From an uncultured Gemmatimonadota bacterium (lineage in GTDB: Bacteria; SM23-81; DAOVCL01), in NCBI GenBank assembly GCA_964626665.1, contig CAZVGK010000044.1:1-18615 (forward strand): DNA of 18,615 nucleotides, in the 5' to 3' direction. Made by a program: the position numbers and the translations under genes. The notes beneath the pieces are model-generated. The model was given only the letters and a program-made list of their open reading frames with translations. It was not told the origin of the DNA and did no database searches. Shown piece after piece: positions 7,851 through 16,624 of the stretch. Each line of letters begins with the position of its first letter. Positions within the stretch are counted from its first letter, which is position 1.

Positions 7851-8085
7851 GGGAAGAATGACTTTCTGTCCCAAAAAATTACACTACAGAAAATGGGGGG
7901 AGAGGAAGAGCCAAATTTGGAGGTCGTCAGGGAAGAAAGTTGAGGATGAAACGATGCCTCTTGGCCCTTTTTGGGGGGGGAAGATCAGGTTGGGTCACCT
8001 GAGAGGCCTTAACCCATAAGGGGAGAAGGTCACTAGCCTCCTCCATGGGGATCCAAGTTCATAGCAAAAGGATCCCCCTTTCTTA

Positions 8086-8142
8086 GACGGGATGGACAGG
8101 ATGAGTAAAAATCAGAATCCTGTAAATCCCGTTTATCCCGTC
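8086..8142. repeat. Inverted nonamer-array element
   Basis: gacgggatg gacaggatg ... aatcctgta aatcccgtt tatcccgtc; related arms at 12376-12402 and 16373-16394. Confidence 0.75.
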
Positions 8143-8157
8143 AGATAAGTTCATACC

Positions 8158-9564
8158 TCAGAGTTGGGCTTCGATCTCGGTGACTACCTCCTCGATGACC
8201 CCTAAGGCCATATCCGCATCCCTTTGGCTCACCACCAAGGGGGGGCTTAACCTGATGGAGTTAAAGCCACAGCCAAAGAGGATCAGCCCCTTCTTAAACG
8301 AGCTTCCCACGAAGACCTGTTGGATCCCCTTTCCATCAGAGGTCACCTCCCGGGGGAACCTCTCCTTGCTCTCCTTATCCTTCACCAACTCAAAGGCCAA
8401 CATCAAACCCTTCCCCCGCACATCACCGATAATCCGATGGCGCTCCATAATCCCCTGGAGTTTACCCTGAAGATAGCTCCCCATGCGGGCGGCATTCTCC
8501 ACCAAACCACCCTCCAAGAGCTCTATCGTTTGGTTCGCCGCAGCACAGCTCACCGGGTTTCCCCCAAATGTGCTGCCGTGAGCCCCTCTCTTCCAGGCCC
8601 GGGGGTCAACCGCAGAGTCCATTAACTCCGCCCTGGCTACCACCGCCCCTAAGGGCAAACCGGAGGCCAAGGCCTTGGCCACACAGATCACATCCGGCTC
8701 AACCCCCCAATGTTGGATGGCAAATAGCTTCCCGGTTCTTCCCATACCCGATTGGATCTCATCTACAACCAAGATGATGCCATACTTGTGGCTAATGGCG
8801 CGCAAAAGGGGATGAAACTCCGCAGGGGGCACTATATAACCTCCCTCCCCCTGAATGGTCTCCACAAATATGGCGGCGATCTCCTCTGGGTCAGCCAACC
8901 TCTCAAAGACAGTATCGAGGAGATATTCCACACAGGGGAGAAGGGGAATCCCCTCGAATTTGCGGCTGCCTTTACAGGAGGGGTATTTCAGGTGAAAGGG
9001 GCAACGATAACAGTAGGGGTAGGGGATGTGGATCACCTCTGGGATGAGGGGGGAGAAACCGGCCCGCTGCACCTTCTTGCTCCCGCTTAAGGACATACCC
9101 ACATAGGTGCGACCATGGAAGGCCCCCAAAAAGGAGATCACCTTCGGCCTCCGGGTATAGTAGCGGGTGAGCTTGAAGGCTGCCTCCAAGGATTCGGCCC
9201 CAGAGTTGGCGAAATAGACCCTCTTGGGGAAATCCCCTGGGGTCAACCGCACCAGTTTTTCGGCCAGCTCAACCTCTGGCAGGTAGTAGAAGTCGCTTCC
9301 CCCAATGTGGAGAAGCTTCCCTCCCTGTTTATTTATGGCCTCTACCACCTGGGGATGGCAGTGGCCTGTGGCGCAGACCGCATAGCCCGCGCCGAAATCG
9401 AGATACCTCCGCCCATCGGGGTCCTCCACCCACATCTCCTCCGCCCTCTCTACCACCAAGGGGATATCCGAGGTTCTGGTATCCGCCCCCAACATCACCT
9501 TGCTGTCCCGGCGAATGATCTCGGTTGCTTTGGGCCCCACCTGGGGGGAACGATAACTGATCAT
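8158..9564 (-). CDS. Class III PLP aminotransferase (4-aminobutyrate/acetylornithine aminotransferase family)
   Basis: DPDGRRYLDF, NSGAES, FHGRT, ETIQGEGG, DEIQSGMGRTG, AKALASG (PLP lysine), HGSTFGGNP. Start ATG 9564 with AGGAG; the upstream extension is repeat DNA. Confidence 0.92.
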   Translation of the reverse strand: MISYRSPQVGPKATEIIRRDSKVMLGADTRTSDIPLVVERAEEMWVEDPDGRRYLDFGAGYAVCATGHCHPQVVEAINKQGGKLLHIGGSDFYYLPEVELAEKLVRLTPGDFPKRVYFANSGAESLEAAFKLTRYYTRRPKVISFLGAFHGRTYVGMSLSGSKKVQRAGFSPLIPEVIHIPYPYCYRCPFHLKYPSCKGSRKFEGIPLLPCVEYLLDTVFERLADPEEIAAIFVETIQGEGGYIVPPAEFHPLLRAISHKYGIILVVDEIQSGMGRTGKLFAIQHWGVEPDVICVAKALASGLPLGAVVARAELMDSAVDPRAWKRGAHGSTFGGNPVSCAAANQTIELLEGGLVENAARMGSYLQGKLQGIMERHRIIGDVRGKGLMLAFELVKDKESKERFPREVTSDGKGIQQVFVGSSFKKGLILFGCGFNSIRLSPPLVVSQRDADMALGVIEEVVTEIEAQL

Positions 9565-9605
9565 ATGATCTCCTGGTTTAGACCTAAGATAATAGCTCAC
9601 CACGG

Positions 9606-9696
9606 AATGGTCAATTAAACAATTAGCAATTAACAATTTAAAATGAGATGAAAGCGAGTATGCCATTTTCCATTGACCATTGATCATTGACCATTT
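9606..9696. repeat. Inverted heptamer-array element
   Basis: Left arm aatggtc aattaaac aattagc aattaac aat; right arm attttcc attgacc attgatc attgacc att. Confidence 0.75.
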
Positions 9697-9754
9697 TGGG
9701 GGTTATCCCTGGTGAGGGTTTCTACTACACTTAAGAAGCCCCTCCAATTGCCAT

Positions 9755-10939
9755 CTAATGGATTTTGGCGGCAAAGACCTTGGCCAACCTCTTCATCCCC
9801 TCCCGAATAAGCTGGGGGGAGGCATTGGAGAAGTTTAACCTGAAGGTGTTCTCCCCTCCGCCGTTGGGGTAGAAAGCGGTACCAGGAACATAGGCCACCT
9901 TCTCCTTGACTACCTCAGGCAAGAGGGCACTGGCATCAACCCCTGGGGGAAGCTCCACCCAGAGGAAAAGTCCGCCCTGAGGTGAGGTCCACTTCACCTG
10001 AGGGGGGAAATTCTCCCGCAAGGCCTCCAGCATTACCCTCCTCCTCTCCCCATACTCCTGGCGTAGGGTCTTTATGTGCTTGTCCAGGCCACCACCCTTC
10101 AAAAATTGGTAGAGAACATATTGGGTAAAGGTGTTCGTGTGCAGATCTGCTCCCTGCTTGAGCTTAATCAGCTTTTCAATCACCTCCTGTGGACCCGCCA
10201 CCCAGGCCGTTCTCAGTCCAGGGGAGACGATCTTGGAGAATGTCCCCAACAGGATCACCACATCACCCCCCAGGGCCTTAAGGGTGGGGAGGTCCTCCCC
10301 CTCATATCTCAGCTCGCTGTAAGGGTCATCCTCCACTAGGGGCACCTGATACCTTCTGGCCAGCTCCACCAATTTCTTTCTCCTCTCCAGTGAGAGGGTT
10401 ACCCCACCGGGGTTCTGGAAGGTGGGGATTACATAGATAAACTTTGGTTTTTTCTCCTTTATGGCCTCCTCAACCAACTCTACCTTTATCCCCTCTTCCT
10501 CTAAGGGGATGGTGTGGAATTTGACCCCATAGGCGCTAAATGCCTGAATGGCCCCCACATAGGTGGGTTGAGCGGCAACGATCCAATCTCCCTCCTCCAA
10601 GAAAAGCCTTCCCAAAAGATCAAGGCCCTGCTGGGAACCACCGGTGATCAAGACATCGTCCTCGTCCACCACCATCCCCTTCTGGGTCATCCTCTTGGCT
10701 AAGAACCTCCGCAAGAGCCTGTAGCCCTCTGTAGTGCTATACTGCAGGGCAAACTGACCCTCATGCTGCAGAACATAGTCACTGGCTTCCCTGATCTCCT
10801 CTGTAGGAAAGAGCTCCGGGGCGGGCAGACCTCCAGCAAAGGAGATGACATCAGGTAGCTGGGTAAGCTTCAGCAAATCCCTAATGGCCGAGCTCTTCAC
10901 CCGACGGGCAGCCCGGGAAAAATCCCATTTCCACTCCAT
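9755..10939 (-). CDS. Class I PLP aminotransferase (LysN/2-aminoadipate transaminase-like)
   Basis: SAIRDLLK, ISFAGGLP, ITGGSQQGLDL, PTFQNPGG, EDDPY, TFSK (PLP lysine), RLNFS. Confidence 0.92.
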   Translation of the reverse strand: MEWKWDFSRAARRVKSSAIRDLLKLTQLPDVISFAGGLPAPELFPTEEIREASDYVLQHEGQFALQYSTTEGYRLLRRFLAKRMTQKGMVVDEDDVLITGGSQQGLDLLGRLFLEEGDWIVAAQPTYVGAIQAFSAYGVKFHTIPLEEEGIKVELVEEAIKEKKPKFIYVIPTFQNPGGVTLSLERRKKLVELARRYQVPLVEDDPYSELRYEGEDLPTLKALGGDVVILLGTFSKIVSPGLRTAWVAGPQEVIEKLIKLKQGADLHTNTFTQYVLYQFLKGGGLDKHIKTLRQEYGERRRVMLEALRENFPPQVKWTSPQGGLFLWVELPPGVDASALLPEVVKEKVAYVPGTAFYPNGGGENTFRLNFSNASPQLIREGMKRLAKVFAAKIH

Positions 10940-11349
10940 CAGATCCTCCTTTTTAGCAAAATATACTTTCCCTCTGCTTGGGCAGCAACCCCCTTCCCCT
11001 CCGCGATCGCCTCCCCCTTAGCCCAAAACATCCTTCCCTTTTTCCCCACCACCTCACCCCACAACTTCAACCTCTCCCCATTTTTAATGGGGAGCCTATA
11101 CCTTATCTCCAGTCGGGCGGTGACGACATCCTCTCCTCGGGTAAAGATGGCTTTAGCCATAACCTCATCCAAGAGGGCTGCCGTCATCCCCCCGTGGAGC
11201 TGCTCCTCATAACCCTCAAACCCCGGTGGAGAGGTAAGCACCGCCTCTGCATAACCATCAGATCCCTGGAAATCGATCTGCAACCCCCTTCTCCCACAGA
11301 CGAAACAGGAGGGATATGGGGGCAGTTTAACTAACGGGCTATGGCTCAA
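10939..11349 (-). CDS. PaaI-family hotdog-fold thioesterase
   Basis: CFVCG, HGGMTAALLDEVM, VTARLEIRYRLP; its stop overlaps the next start (TGATG). Confidence 0.88.
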   Translation of the reverse strand: MSHSPLVKLPPYPSCFVCGRRGLQIDFQGSDGYAEAVLTSPPGFEGYEEQLHGGMTAALLDEVMAKAIFTRGEDVVTARLEIRYRLPIKNGERLKLWGEVVGKKGRMFWAKGEAIAEGKGVAAQAEGKYILLKRRI

Positions 11350-11950
11350 CTTCGGGCTGCTCCTCAGGGACGATAAAAAGCATAACTATATAGACCAACA
11401 ACCCAATCCCCCAAAAGGCAAATGTCCCTACCACCCAGGCTAAGCGAAAAAAGGTGGGATCCAGGCCAAAGTGGATGCCCAAACCTCCACATATTCCCCC
11501 GAACATCCTCTCCTTGCGGGAGCGATAGAGCCTCCCTTCCCGGGGAAGTTGTCCTCTGTGCAGGATAATGGCCACCCCCAGAAGGATGATGAGCAGGGGC
11601 CAGACAACCCCCCAACTCAATACCCACCACCCTCTGAGGTAGAGGGGGAGGAGCTTGAGGTTCACCAGAATAAGGATAACCCCTAAGGCCACCAAAATCG
11701 CTCCCCACCAGGCCCTGTTGTCTGGGGAATTCTTCCGGGGCAAGGAATCATCACCCTCAGAGGGATTGTGGGGGATGATCAGGCAGGCAATTATGTAGGC
11801 CAAAAGGCCAGAACCACCCCCTAAGGCAAAAAGTACCCACAACACCCTGACCAGAACTGGGTCCACCCCCAAATAATCCCCCAACCCACCACAGACCCCA
11901 CACAAAACCTTCTCCTTCCGGGATTTATAAAGCCTTTTGTAACCTTCCAT
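11339..11950 (-). CDS. Membrane protein with two PspC domains flanking a LiaF/DUF5668-like transmembrane segment
   Basis: KRLYKSRKEKVLCGVCGGLGDYLGVDP and RLYRSRKERMFGGICGGLG..LDP; central GAILVALGVILIL..WPLLIILLG. Start ATG 11950 with GAGGGAG. Confidence 0.88.
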   Translation of the reverse strand: MEGYKRLYKSRKEKVLCGVCGGLGDYLGVDPVLVRVLWVLFALGGGSGLLAYIIACLIIPHNPSEGDDSLPRKNSPDNRAWWGAILVALGVILILVNLKLLPLYLRGWWVLSWGVVWPLLIILLGVAIILHRGQLPREGRLYRSRKERMFGGICGGLGIHFGLDPTFFRLAWVVGTFAFWGIGLLVYIVMLFIVPEEQPEVEP

Positions 11951-12077
11951 ATCTCCCTCTCTTAAAATTCCCTCCTCTGAACTTAGCTCGCTACGCTCGC
12001 AAAGTTCTCCATAGGGGTTATCGCCCCTCTGGCGTCTCACAATCCTCCGTTTGGTCGGATTGCTCCGCTGTCACCCC

Positions 12078-12160
12078 TTGAATTCCGCACTTATGCATGC
12101 GTAAGTGCGGAATTCAAACATCCCCCAACCTTTCGGGATTTCTAAGAAATTCCGAAAGGT
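12078..12160. repeat. Two adjacent long inverted repeats
   Basis: ttgaattccgcactta/taagtgcggaattcaa (16 bp perfect, 12078-12117) and acctttcgggatttct/agaaattccgaaaggt (16 bp, one mismatch, 12128-12160). Confidence 0.85.
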
Positions 12161-12232
12161 CAAGTCAGCGCCCTGCAGGCGAATTATCTGGGACGCAGAT
12201 GAACGCAGCCAAGCAGGTTTTCTAAAGACTTT

Positions 12233-12267
12233 CCTCCCCCTTGATGGGGGAGGACTAAGGAGAGGGT
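12233..12267. repeat. 35-bp palindromic element, copy 2
   Basis: Identical to 3806-3840. Confidence 0.9.
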
Positions 12268-12421
12268 GAAAATTTTGTCTATCCCCACCATTTAAAAGCG
12301 AGACGGGGGAACCCTGATGAATGCCCCAATTTATTGAATAATCGCCCAGTCCAAACTTTTAGGCTTTACATAATATATCCTGTTCATCCAGTCAATCCTG
12401 TCTAAAATAGGGCTGAGCCTC

Positions 12422-13459
12422 TTATCTTCCAAAAGCATAAAGCCAACCATCATCTGCTCCCACTAAGATCAACCCTTGGGCAAACAAGGGCGAGTAACGG
12501 AGGCTCCCCCCTAATTTACATCTCCAGCTAAGCTTTCCCTCTTTGTCCAAAGCATAGATGTATCCATCAAAGGAACCAAAGAAGAGGTGATCCCAGGCAA
12601 CCACCAATGAGGAATGGATTAAACCGCCGGCTTGAAACCTCCAAAGAAGCTTTCCAGATTCTGCCTGCAAACAATAGAGGTAGTCATCATTTGCGCCAAA
12701 GAATATTTTCCTCTTCCAAAAGGAAGGAGAAGAGAGGATGCTTCCCCCGGCCTGAAAATCCCAGTCCTTCTTCCCGCTCTCCTCATCTATGGCAAAGAGC
12801 TTACCGCCATAGGTGCCAAAGTAGATTCCTCCCTGATAGCTTCCCGGTGAGGAGATGATGGGGGAGGAGGCATCAAAGGTCCAGAGGAGTTCCCCCCTCT
12901 CGGCATTTAGGGCATAGATATGGCCACTCCCATCCCCAAAGAACAGGTTATTACCCTCCAACAGGGGACGGGAGTAGATGGGGCCAGCGGCCTTGTATTT
13001 CCACAATATTCGGCCATCAGAGGAGGCCAAACAGTAAAGCCATCCCCTTCCCGAGCCCACCCAGATTTCCCCTTTTCCCACCAGGGGTTGGGTAAGGGGG
13101 TCGGTGATTTCCGTCTGCCAGACGGATTTCCCCTTCCCCTGGTCAAGGGCCAAGATCCCATCCTTCTTCTGCGAGGAGAGATAGATCTTCCCCGCGGCGC
13201 AGGTGGGGGCAGCAACCAGGTTGCTACCCTTTAACCTAAATTTGGCTTCCACCCTCCCATCCCCGGGCTGGAGAAGGTAGATGATCTTTCTGGACGTCCC
13301 CAGGATGATTCGCTCCCCACAGATCTGCGGGGGAGCGGTCATTGGCCCCACCTTCTTTCGCCAGCTAAGACGGAGAAGTACCCCCTCTGCTTGTTGGGGA
13401 AGAAAGAGGGAAAAGGCAAAAATGGCCAGTAGAACGAAGCCTTTGGCTCTGGCATCCAT
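12422..13459 (-). CDS. PQQ-like (BamB-like) beta-propeller repeat protein, exported
   Basis: About 8 repeats of SSP...lffGs.DG.lYalD..sGkllW; N-terminal signal peptide (..QQAEG) without a lipobox Cys; start overlaps the upstream stop (TGATG). Confidence 0.88.
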   Translation of the reverse strand: MDARAKGFVLLAIFAFSLFLPQQAEGVLLRLSWRKKVGPMTAPPQICGERIILGTSRKIIYLLQPGDGRVEAKFRLKGSNLVAAPTCAAGKIYLSSQKKDGILALDQGKGKSVWQTEITDPLTQPLVGKGEIWVGSGRGWLYCLASSDGRILWKYKAAGPIYSRPLLEGNNLFFGDGSGHIYALNAERGELLWTFDASSPIISSPGSYQGGIYFGTYGGKLFAIDEESGKKDWDFQAGGSILSSPSFWKRKIFFGANDDYLYCLQAESGKLLWRFQAGGLIHSSLVVAWDHLFFGSFDGYIYALDKEGKLSWRCKLGGSLRYSPLFAQGLILVGADDGWLYAFGR

Positions 13460-16224
13460 CAGTAGTCCCAGCCGAAGAAGAAGTTAAACTTCACCCCCCG
13501 ATCAAGGGAGTGGAAATCGGTGGTCTTTGACCAATCGAACCTGAGGGCAGTATAGTAGCCCAGACCCACCCTAAATCCCACTCCAAAGCTCCCCTTAAGC
13601 CCCTCCCAGCTCTCCTCCCAGGCATTTCCCAGATCAAAGAAGATTGCTCCCCTGATCCCCCGAAAGTCCAAATCCATCACCGGTGAGGCCAGAAGAAACC
13701 GCTCTAAAAGGGGGAAACGGAGCTCATTGTTTATCAAGAGGAGGTTGCGTCCCATAAACGATCTCCTCTGATAGCCCCTCATACTCCAACTCCCCCCCAT
13801 ATAGAACCTTTGGGGCTCCTTCCCCTGAGATGTCTTCCCCACTATGCGGAAGGCCCAACAGCTTCTCCTGGACAGTCGGAGGTAACTTCTCAGGTCCGCG
13901 GAGAGATAGCGATCATAAAGCTTCAAAGCGGATGGAGCTGCGGTTAAAGCAAAGCTGAGGTTCAGCCGGAGGCCGTCAATGGGGCCCACCCTCCCCCAAA
14001 GGGAGGTGTCCTTAATTAGCGAGAGGTAAATAGTGGAGAGAAAAGCCCTCCGGGGCTTCTCCATCCACCAAACTTCTTTATCCGATTGGCGCAATAGTAG
14101 GTTGGCCTCTGCCCTCTGGAACTTGGTCAGAGGGTAGCTCAGGCTGGCCACTCCTCCATACTCCCTCTCCGTATACCAGCCTTCGTAATCGTTAAAATAC
14201 TCATCGAAGAGGTGGAAAAGCCCCCAACCATAATTGAACCTGTGTTCCAAGTTGAGAGACCAAACCCCCATATTAAAGCTGGAGAGGAAGTTAGCCTTGG
14301 TGCGCGCCGTATTTCCCAGGAGGAAGTAGTATTGATGGTTGCCCAAAACATCGGTGACCACGGCCTGCACTCCACCAATAGCTCCCCTCTGTATATTATA
14401 AGCCATAGCGCTCTGGGCCAGGTCCAAGGAAAACTTCTGGCGATACCTGATGCTGGCCCCCACAGCCTCGCCCTTAAGCGATAATGGCCTCCAGGGTTCC
14501 CCCTCTTGGGGGGAGGAAATCCCTACTACAACCGTATCCCCCAACCCCTTCCGGTAAATCTGATAGCCATACTCGCCATAGCCAGAAAAGAATAGGGTCC
14601 CCCCTTTACTCCCCCAACAGGGATCAAAGGCCCCGGTAAAGAGATCGGTGACCCTCTTTATCCTCCTGCCCTCAAGGAGGTAGATGTTGAAGATCCCCCC
14701 ACCCCTGTCCGAGGAGAAGGCAATTTCCCTTCCATCGGGAGAGAAGGAAGGGGAATAGTCATGATATGACCCCCAGGTGAGGGGGGTTATCCTTCCGTTT
14801 TTCAGATCATAGGAGAAGAGGTTATAATACCCATTTTTGCCCCCGGGGTGACGATCTGAACTGAAGCAGATCTCATCCCCTAAGGGGGACCAGGAGGGCT
14901 CCCGCTCATCGTATATATCCTGGGTGAGCCTCTGCAATCTGCCTCTTCCCACATCTACGATATAGAGGTCGTGAAAGCCCGATTTGTCGGCCCCCACAAT
15001 AACTATCCTCTTGGAGTCGGGAGACCAATCGGGAGAGGAGAGGAAGACAAGTCCTGGAAGGTTAAGCCATCTCTCCACCACTCCCTTTTTTAAATCGAGA
15101 AGGTAGAGGACATCCCCCTCATTCCTCTTGGCCACAAAGGCAAGTTTTCCCTCCCGGGAGACGGACATCCTCTCCCTGAGAAGGTGAAGGGATTCAAACT
15201 CCTCCGCCCTCTCCCCCTTTACCAAAAGCCTAATCCCCTTTCCCTCTCCCTGAGAGGGGATGGAGTAGATGTTGGCATAACCCATTCTGCTGGATTTGAA
15301 GATCACCTCCTGGCCACCTGAATCGGGGGAGAAGGCCACCGGTTTCACATTTATTCCCTGAGAGGTTAACCTGGTAGCCACCTGCTCCGGGAAGTCGCTT
15401 TCCCTCATCTGGGGGAAGTAGGATTTCTTCAACCAGCGACTCCATTCCTTATCCAGGGCCTGCAAATCCTTCCCTATGGTCAGTTGGAAGTCACCGTTGA
15501 GATCATTTGCCCTCCAGCAGTTCTCAAAGAGCAACCAGAGCTTCTCCTCCCCATACCTCTGGGAGATAAACCTGAGGAAGGACTGCCCCTCCTTATACAT
15601 AAGATAAGTCCCCTCGATCTCCGCCATTTGGGAGAGGGGGACGAACTTCCCGGAGATCACCGCATCCCTCATCACCATATCCGCCTCCTCGTCCCAGCCC
15701 ACAGACCAGTATTCGGCAATCCCCTCGGTGAACCAGAGGGGAGGGCTGCGGAAGTTATACTTACGGTGATCCCTGAGCACCCTATCCAACTTCTCGAAGG
15801 TGAAACTATGCACTAATTCGTGCTTTATGGAATGTCTGAGCCTGGAGTATGAGCCCTCAAAGGGAACCACCACCCTTCCCTTGATGCGTTCCATAAAGGC
15901 CTCCACCGCCTCGGGCAAAAGAAGGGGGATAACATTTGTCTGTTGGAAGTAGTTCTTCGTGCTATAAAGGATAAGGGGGACCTTGTGGAGAAGAGCATAG
16001 TTGAACTTGCTCTCCAAATCCTGATAGCTTTCCTCCGCTATGCGGGCGGCAATCCCAGCCACTTTCCCCTCCTCAGAGTAGAAATAGACCCGGAAGTGGT
16101 CGGTCTCCATCACCCTCCAGTCGAATTGCGTATACTGGATCTTGTTCTTGCCGAAATAGTATTGACCCCAGACCGGGGAGGCCAAAAAGATGAAAATGAA
16201 TATGAGTAGAATCTTCTTCCACAT
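13459..16224 (-). CDS. Omp85 (BamA/TamA)-family protein with an N-terminal zinc-peptidase-like domain and PD40/TolB-like propeller (WD40-Omp85 type)
   Basis: Signal peptide; QYYFGKNKIQY; HELVH..WFTEGIAEY; PD40 repeats (PDWSPDSK, PSWSPLG, PSFSPDGREIAFSSDR); barrel motifs MGGSWSMRGY, ELRFP, FFDLGNAW, SFGVGFR; C-terminus FNFFFGWDY. Confidence 0.88.
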   Translation of the reverse strand: MWKKILLIFIFIFLASPVWGQYYFGKNKIQYTQFDWRVMETDHFRVYFYSEEGKVAGIAARIAEESYQDLESKFNYALLHKVPLILYSTKNYFQQTNVIPLLLPEAVEAFMERIKGRVVVPFEGSYSRLRHSIKHELVHSFTFEKLDRVLRDHRKYNFRSPPLWFTEGIAEYWSVGWDEEADMVMRDAVISGKFVPLSQMAEIEGTYLMYKEGQSFLRFISQRYGEEKLWLLFENCWRANDLNGDFQLTIGKDLQALDKEWSRWLKKSYFPQMRESDFPEQVATRLTSQGINVKPVAFSPDSGGQEVIFKSSRMGYANIYSIPSQGEGKGIRLLVKGERAEEFESLHLLRERMSVSREGKLAFVAKRNEGDVLYLLDLKKGVVERWLNLPGLVFLSSPDWSPDSKRIVIVGADKSGFHDLYIVDVGRGRLQRLTQDIYDEREPSWSPLGDEICFSSDRHPGGKNGYYNLFSYDLKNGRITPLTWGSYHDYSPSFSPDGREIAFSSDRGGGIFNIYLLEGRRIKRVTDLFTGAFDPCWGSKGGTLFFSGYGEYGYQIYRKGLGDTVVVGISSPQEGEPWRPLSLKGEAVGASIRYRQKFSLDLAQSAMAYNIQRGAIGGVQAVVTDVLGNHQYYFLLGNTARTKANFLSSFNMGVWSLNLEHRFNYGWGLFHLFDEYFNDYEGWYTEREYGGVASLSYPLTKFQRAEANLLLRQSDKEVWWMEKPRRAFLSTIYLSLIKDTSLWGRVGPIDGLRLNLSFALTAAPSALKLYDRYLSADLRSYLRLSRRSCWAFRIVGKTSQGKEPQRFYMGGSWSMRGYQRRSFMGRNLLLINNELRFPLLERFLLASPVMDLDFRGIRGAIFFDLGNAWEESWEGLKGSFGVGFRVGLGYYTALRFDWSKTTDFHSLDRGVKFNFFFGWDY

Positions 16225-16233
16225 CGCAGGATT

Positions 16234-16262
16234 AAAATAAGAAACGAGGAGGGGAAAAGCAA
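16234..16262 (-). promoter_or_regulatory. Putative sigma70 promoter of the Omp85 gene (very short leader)
   Basis: TTGCTT, 17 bp, TATTTT, then 9 nt to the ATG; no SD visible. Confidence 0.45.
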
Positions 16263-16494
16263 GGGAAAAGACTGAGGCCAGAAGGTATGCTTTTTGGTGC
16301 TCGGTGATATCTATTGGCTTAACCTTTCACATCTCCGTCTTTGGAGAACTTAGCACCCTGCAGCGGGACTTTTCTGACGGGATAACAGGATTTAGGGGAT
16401 TCTCAAGAAAACGCCGAACGACACCGCATCCCCAGAAAAACTAAAATTCACATCCCTCCTTAGCATTTTTGGAAAGCATCAGATGAGACCAGAT

Positions 16495-16533
16495 AAAACA
16501 AAGGTGACATCCCGATAAATTGGGATGCCACCT
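16495..16533 (-). terminator. Intrinsic terminator-like hairpin
   Basis: Minus strand aggtggcatcccaa-ttta-tcgggatgtcacct-ttgtttt. Confidence 0.6.
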
Positions 16534-16576
16534 CATTCGTCATTGGGATTTCAGCATTGACTCCTATTAAGGGAGT

Positions 16577-16624
16577 TGTCATTGCGAGGAGTCCCGAAGG
16601 ATTTCGGGACGACGAAGCAATCTC
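16577..16624 (+). repeat. (C/T)GTC-tagged palindromic repeat with an internal hairpin
   Basis: TGTCATTGCGAGGA-gtcccgaa ggat ttcgggac-GACGAAGCAATCTC; further hairpins follow at 16629-16651 and 16656-16677. Confidence 0.75.

Noticed and set aside
7660-8050. Small ORFs upstream of the IS1634-like gene
   Set aside because: The plus-strand ORF overlaps the gene and its promoter; minus-strand candidates are 40 codons or fewer with no family signal.
9565-9687. N-terminal extension of the class III aminotransferase (likewise 3784-3855, 11951-12040 and 17487-17552)
   Set aside because: These translate repeat or promoter DNA; downstream ATGs have good SD sites.
16392-16461. Minus-strand AAGGAGG followed by a GTG micro-ORF of 19 codons
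   Set aside because: Too short, ends in a repeat arm and has no other support.
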